DNA of 64,000 bases from Vicugna vicugna (Eukaryota). Under the pieces are notes generated by a model. It ran no database searches. It worked only from the letters and a program-made list of their open reading frames with translations, and was not told the origin of the DNA. Shown piece after piece: positions 59,501 through 64,000 of the stretch. The stretch lies in contig MU058791.1 of NCBI GenBank assembly GCA_013265495.1, positions 1 through 64,000 on the forward strand, written 5' to 3'. Numbering within the stretch: the first letter of the stretch is position 1; every line of letters starts with the position of its first letter. Position numbers and translations under genes: made by a program.

Positions 59501-61658
59501 CCCTGAGAAGATAAACTTCCCATTCTTTTGGGAAGTTCATCTCTAATTCTCTTGGGATGACATTGTTGAGTAAATATCTTTAACTCTGGGAAGAACTAGG
59601 GTTATAGAGGTGATGAAATAATTCAAACTGGAGATTTTTTTCTTCTTAAGTTTATTTAATATCCTTAAGAATTTGCCATTTTGAGGCTAAATGAGCATAT
59701 ATAACAGATTGGCCTTGTGGTTCCAATTTAAATCATGTAATTGGTTTAGAATCGTAATACGTTAAACTACACAAGAAAAAATTTCAAGTTTTTAAATAGT
59801 ACTGGAATGTTTGCAGGAACCTTGGATTCACTATACTTATAGCTTAATTCACTGGTTTTGTAAGAGTTAAATACTTGGAAAGGTTTATCTGTAATTAGAC
59901 AGTTGACATATTTAAAAAGAAAATTGAATAGATTATTTTTATAATAGAGCTAAAAAATTTAAAGCAACTGTTAAGTTTCAAAGACTCACCTGAAATTGGT
60001 TAAAATTTACCAGATTTACAAATAAAATAATAAGATTCAATTAGCTGAACTTAAAAAGCCTGTAAAAGTAGGCTTTTGAATGTGAAACGGTAACTTTGAT
60101 AAATTAGATAATTAATTAAAAAAACCAAAGTAGCCCATGAATAATCTTTTCTGTGCACAAAAACCATCTGTAATGTTCCAAAAACCTTATTCAGTAAATA
60201 AATGAAGTACAGTGTTATAAGTCAGTGATGTTCTCTCTGAAAGCAGGCCATACTTGTTTTCGGTATTTTAAAAATATATGCCTCAAGATCAAAGTAATAG
60301 CATTACTTTCAAGTTATCTGTGTCAGGACTTTTTGATGATTCATTTGTTTATTACAGAGGAAAAAGCAAATTATCCCATACGTTTTTCAAGTGATACCAG
60401 GTGTGGCTTGGCCAGCGGTCAGTAGGGTTATCTGAAACAAATTAAACTGAAGCAGGTCCAGGTGAGCAGCTGTGTAGCTCTGGTGCCCAGGTGAGTAGAA
60501 TGCCACCACAGCTCATCCGAATGTATCATGAATTCTTAGCCTTATACGTTCATTGCCAACCAGAGAAAGGCTTCCAGATCTTAAGTCTACTTGCATCCTG
60601 TATCTTAGAAGGCGGTCAGATGCCTTAATCTTCTGATTCTTTTCCTGCATTTCCTGTGTTGAAGCAAATACCTGTGGGTCTCCAATTCCTTAAAGGCATA
60701 TCACCCCTGTACTCACAATTCTTTAGAGCTTGCTGCTTTCATACTTTGATTTCACCCCAGTTCTTTGTTGTTGTTGTTGTTTTAACACTTTCTTTTTTAT
60801 TGAGTTATAGTCAGTTTATAGTGTTGTGTCAAATTCCAGTGTAGAGCACGATTTTTCAGTTATACATGAACATACATGTATTCATTGCCACATTCTTTTT
60901 CGCTGTGAGCTACCACAAGATCTTGTATATGTTTCCCTGTGCTATACAGTATAATCTTGTTTATCTATTCTACATATGCCTGTCAGTATCTACAAATTTC
61001 GAACTCCCAGTCTGTCCCTTCCTACCCCGCTCCCCCTGGCAATCACAGGTTTGTATTCTATGTCTATGAGTTTGTTTCTGTTTTGTATTTATGTTCTTTT
61101 TTTTACATTCCACATATGGTAATTTTCTTCCTCTTTCTGGCTTACTTCACTTAGAATGACATTCTCCAGGGACATCCATGTTGCTGCAAATGTCAGCCAA
61201 GTTCTTTGGATTTGACTGGTTTTTGTTTCTTTACCACAAAGACAATTGGGATAATTATATGCACCTAATTTAGTTTACTGCGATATTTATTTATATTATT
61301 CTAGTTTCTAGTCTGCCTCTACCAAATGTGCATCATTAACATTCCCCACTTCATATTAAAATAAAGGAGAGAAGAAGAAAAATATGTATAACTGAATCAC
61401 TATGCTGTATGCCAAAAATTGACACAACATCGTAAAGCAGCTATACTTCAGTTAAAAAGAAAAAAGCTTCCTACAATAAAGAAAATAAGCAATTCAGAAA
61501 TTAACGGAGTTTGGAATTTTTTCTCTCTGCTTATGGTTGGTCTTTTTAAGTGATGCCTTTTTTGTTATATGTATTTTGTTTTTTAGCATCATTCTTCCAC
61601 TTCCTCAGAATGTGAAGGATTATTTACTGGATGATGGAACTCTGGTGGTTGCAGGAAG
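56486..61658 (+). CDS. CDC123: CDC123 (eIF2 assembly factor), exons 1-2; rest lies outside the window
   Basis: Exons 56486-56559 and 61587-61658 join to MKKEHVLHCQFSAWYPLFRSLTIKSIILPLPQNVKDYLLDDGTLVVAG. Confidence 0.95.
57962..58180 (+). mobile_element. MIR SINE remnant
   Basis: ggctctggagtcaga...ttgagcaaattgcttaatctctctcagccccatctggaaaattgag, a typical MIR core. Confidence 0.7.
58754..58798. repeat. Interrupted (TA)n microsatellite
   Basis: Read directly. Confidence 0.9.
58842..59324 (-). mobile_element. Solo ERV LTR (ERV1-like)
   Basis: TG...CA termini and 4-bp TSD CATC (58838-58841 / 59325-59328); ATTAAA on the minus strand. Confidence 0.8.
60780..61192 (-). mobile_element. Young LINE-1 3' end
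   Basis: Reverse complement of the 17213-17430 family; flanked by cca(a)gttctttg repeat. Confidence 0.85.
61587..61658 (+). CDS. CDC123: CDC123 exon 2
   Basis: ttttag|C ATC ATT CTT CCA...AG|gtaaag. Confidence 0.95.
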
Positions 61659-62217
61659 GTAAAGTATACCAGAAAAAAATCTTTAAATTTTCGCGTGAAG
61701 AAATGTTGTGATGATTAAATCTCAATTACCATGTAAAATAAATACTTTGGCTTTGGCCCCCTCCTCTTCCATTTTTTTGTCCTGTTTGAAGTTGTGTGCT
61801 GATCTCTGTCCTGTATCCCTTGTCAGTGCTCAATTAATAAGATTTTCAAAATTGAGTACTTCTTCCTCCATTAATTACAAGTTGTGAAATTGAGTAATTC
61901 CTCTCATCTCTACCTTTAGAAAATGAATGTAACCGTTTCTTCTGTTCCCTATAGTTCCGTGTTTAAAAGGAAAGAAATTACCATGCATGTTTTTTTAATG
62001 CAAACTTGGAAAAGTTTAAGAATTATGTACTTTAATGATGTTCCTGTTTTTTCATTCGCGTCTCTGCTGAAAAGTCATGTTAAGTGTTTGTCATTCACTT
62101 TCCTTTCTGAAATGACTTAATGGTAACCCTTGCTGGTACATCACTCTTTTTTTCTTTTTCTTTTTTTAAATAGAATTCTAAGTTGGAAATAATTTTCCAT
62201 TAGAATTTTTTAAAACA

Positions 62218-62640
62218 ATTTTTTTTATTGAGGTAAAATACACATAACATAAAATTTACCATCTTAACCATTTTAAAATGTGCAGTTCAGTGGTATTAAG
62301 TAGTTATAATGTTGGGCAACCCTGACCACCATCCATCTACAGAGCTCTTGTCATCTTGTGAAACCAAAACTCTGTATCAGTTAAACACTAACTCCCCATT
62401 CCCCCTCCACCAGCCCCTGACAACCACCCTTCTACTTTCTGTGCCTATGGCTTTGGCCCCTCTAAATACCTCATGTAAGAGGAATCATATTTGTCCTTCT
62501 CTGACTGGCTTATGTCACTTGGCATAATGTCCTCCGGATTCATCCACGTTATGGTACATGATGCCATGGTATGTGATGCCATGGTACAGGTAAGAATATC
62601 CTTCCTTTTTAAGGCTGAATAGTATTCCACTGAACGGACT
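62218..62640 (-). mobile_element. Old LINE-1 3' end (L1MB-like)
   Basis: ttgaggtaaaatacacataacataaaatttaccatcttaacc...ttcatccacgtt...aaggctgaatagtattcca. Confidence 0.8.
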
Positions 62641-62949
62641 GACACATTTTGGCGCATCACTGTTTATTCCCTCACCTCACCTTAATTTTTTGTGGAACGT
62701 TTATTTCCATCTGATGTCATTCCCTCAGTATTTCTATTAGAATAGAGTCTTCCTGACAACAGGGTCTTGGAGAGCTCTGTTCCCAGCTCTTGGAACAGTA
62801 CCTGATACATAAGAGGAGCTTGGTGGACAACTACTGGATGAATGAACTCAGAAATACAGTTAGAACCGCATGTGTTTTCAACAGCACTGATTTTACCCAT
62901 ATGTGTTTGTATGGATATATGGGGTAAATTTTGTGTCTATATGTATGTA

Positions 62950-63470
62950 CATATGTACTTGTACAGTGGGTCTTCTGTGTAGATCTGTGATGGACCTTTC
63001 TGGATGATATTTCTGTTTTTGGTGTTCTCAGGGCCTCCTTGAGTCTCGACACTGGGCGAGTTCTCTGTCGGTCTTGCTGAGGTCACTCGTGCAGCTGTAG
63101 TCATTTGGTGGCTCGACCTCACTGGGTGGTTTCAAGGTGGCCTCACTCACGCGTCTGGCAGTTGATGCTGACTGTCAGCTGGGCGTCTCTTTCCACGCGG
63201 TCTCATCCTCAGACTCACCTCAGCGCCTTTGCACAGTGGTGGCAGCATTCCAGACCCGTGTGCTCAGCGGCTGGAAAGACCTTTGACACCGAGGCTCAGA
63301 ATCACGTGGTGTCCCTGGTGCTATATTTTGTTGGTCACAGTGAGTCTCGAAACCAGTCTGAAATGACAGGGTCGGGAAACAGATGCCATTTCTCCATGAG
63401 AAAAGTAGCAAAGTCACCCAGCAGGGGTCGGTGAGATGGGAAGAATTGTGGTGACAGTCTTTGTACATCG
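62950..63470. mobile_element. MaLR (MLT1-like) LTR remnant
   Basis: tcaaggtggcctcactcacgcgtctggcagttgatgctg...ttggtcacagtgagtc; recognised from memory. Confidence 0.6.
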
Positions 63471-64000
63471 TCTGAGGTTCTTGTTCTTGTTTTCGTTTTT
63501 TCCATTCATTGTGACGTGTAGTTGGTGGGCTCTTTCTTTCTCAAGACTTGTATTTTTTAGTTTTGGAACAATTAAAAAATACTGTCTCTGATAATTTCCT
63601 CTTATTTTCTTGCTTCTTTTTCTGGAACTCCTATAATTTAGATATTGGATCTGCTGGATTAATTCTCTGAATTATATTGTTTCTAGTCTATTGTCCTTTT
63701 AGTTCTACTTTCTGGAAAATCTCCTTGGTTTTGCCATTCATTCTGTTGAATCTTAAAATTTCAGCTGCCATGTTTTCAGTTTCTACAAGTTCTATCTTGT
63801 CCTCTGTTCTTCTCTTCGTTTACCTTTCAGGATACTTATGATTTTTAAAAATGTTTCTCATCTGGTTCCTTTATTGTCTTTATTTCATACATGTACCTTC
63901 TCTCTCTCCTTTTTAAAAAGTCTTTTTTTTTTTTTATCTTGGAGCCTTTCTTTAGTTTTCTAATGATTCTAGACCTTTATTCATATTTAAGAGTGAGGGA

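Overview
Mammalian genomic DNA, most likely a camelid (alpaca/camel), judged from about 10 tRNA-derived vic-1-like SINEs. It covers the DHTKD1-SEC61A2-NUDT5-CDC123 gene block: the last 5 coding exons of DHTKD1 (+), a complete 12-exon SEC61A2 (+, 476 aa), a complete NUDT5 (-, 9 coding exons including a 9-nt microexon, 219 aa) convergent on SEC61A2, and the first 2 exons of CDC123 (+), head-to-head with NUDT5. All exons have GT-AG boundaries and their phases join into intact frames. The largest anomaly is a ~3.1-kb near-identical tandem duplication of the SEC61A2 promoter, exon 1 and exon 2 across a 70-N gap, with an extra 150-bp repeat of exon 1 inside copy 2; this is probably an assembly/haplotype artefact. 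Candidate regulatory findings: an L1-derived branch point and pyrimidine tract on a DHTKD1 exon, two candidate poison exons in SEC61A2 intron 6, a palindromic bidirectional poly(A) signal between SEC61A2 and NUDT5, RFX X-boxes at both ends of SEC61A2, a NAGNAG acceptor on the NUDT5 catalytic-loop microexon, and two related ERV LTRs. I found no convincing wholly new gene or biological system. Gene and repeat names come from remembered sequences, not from database searches.
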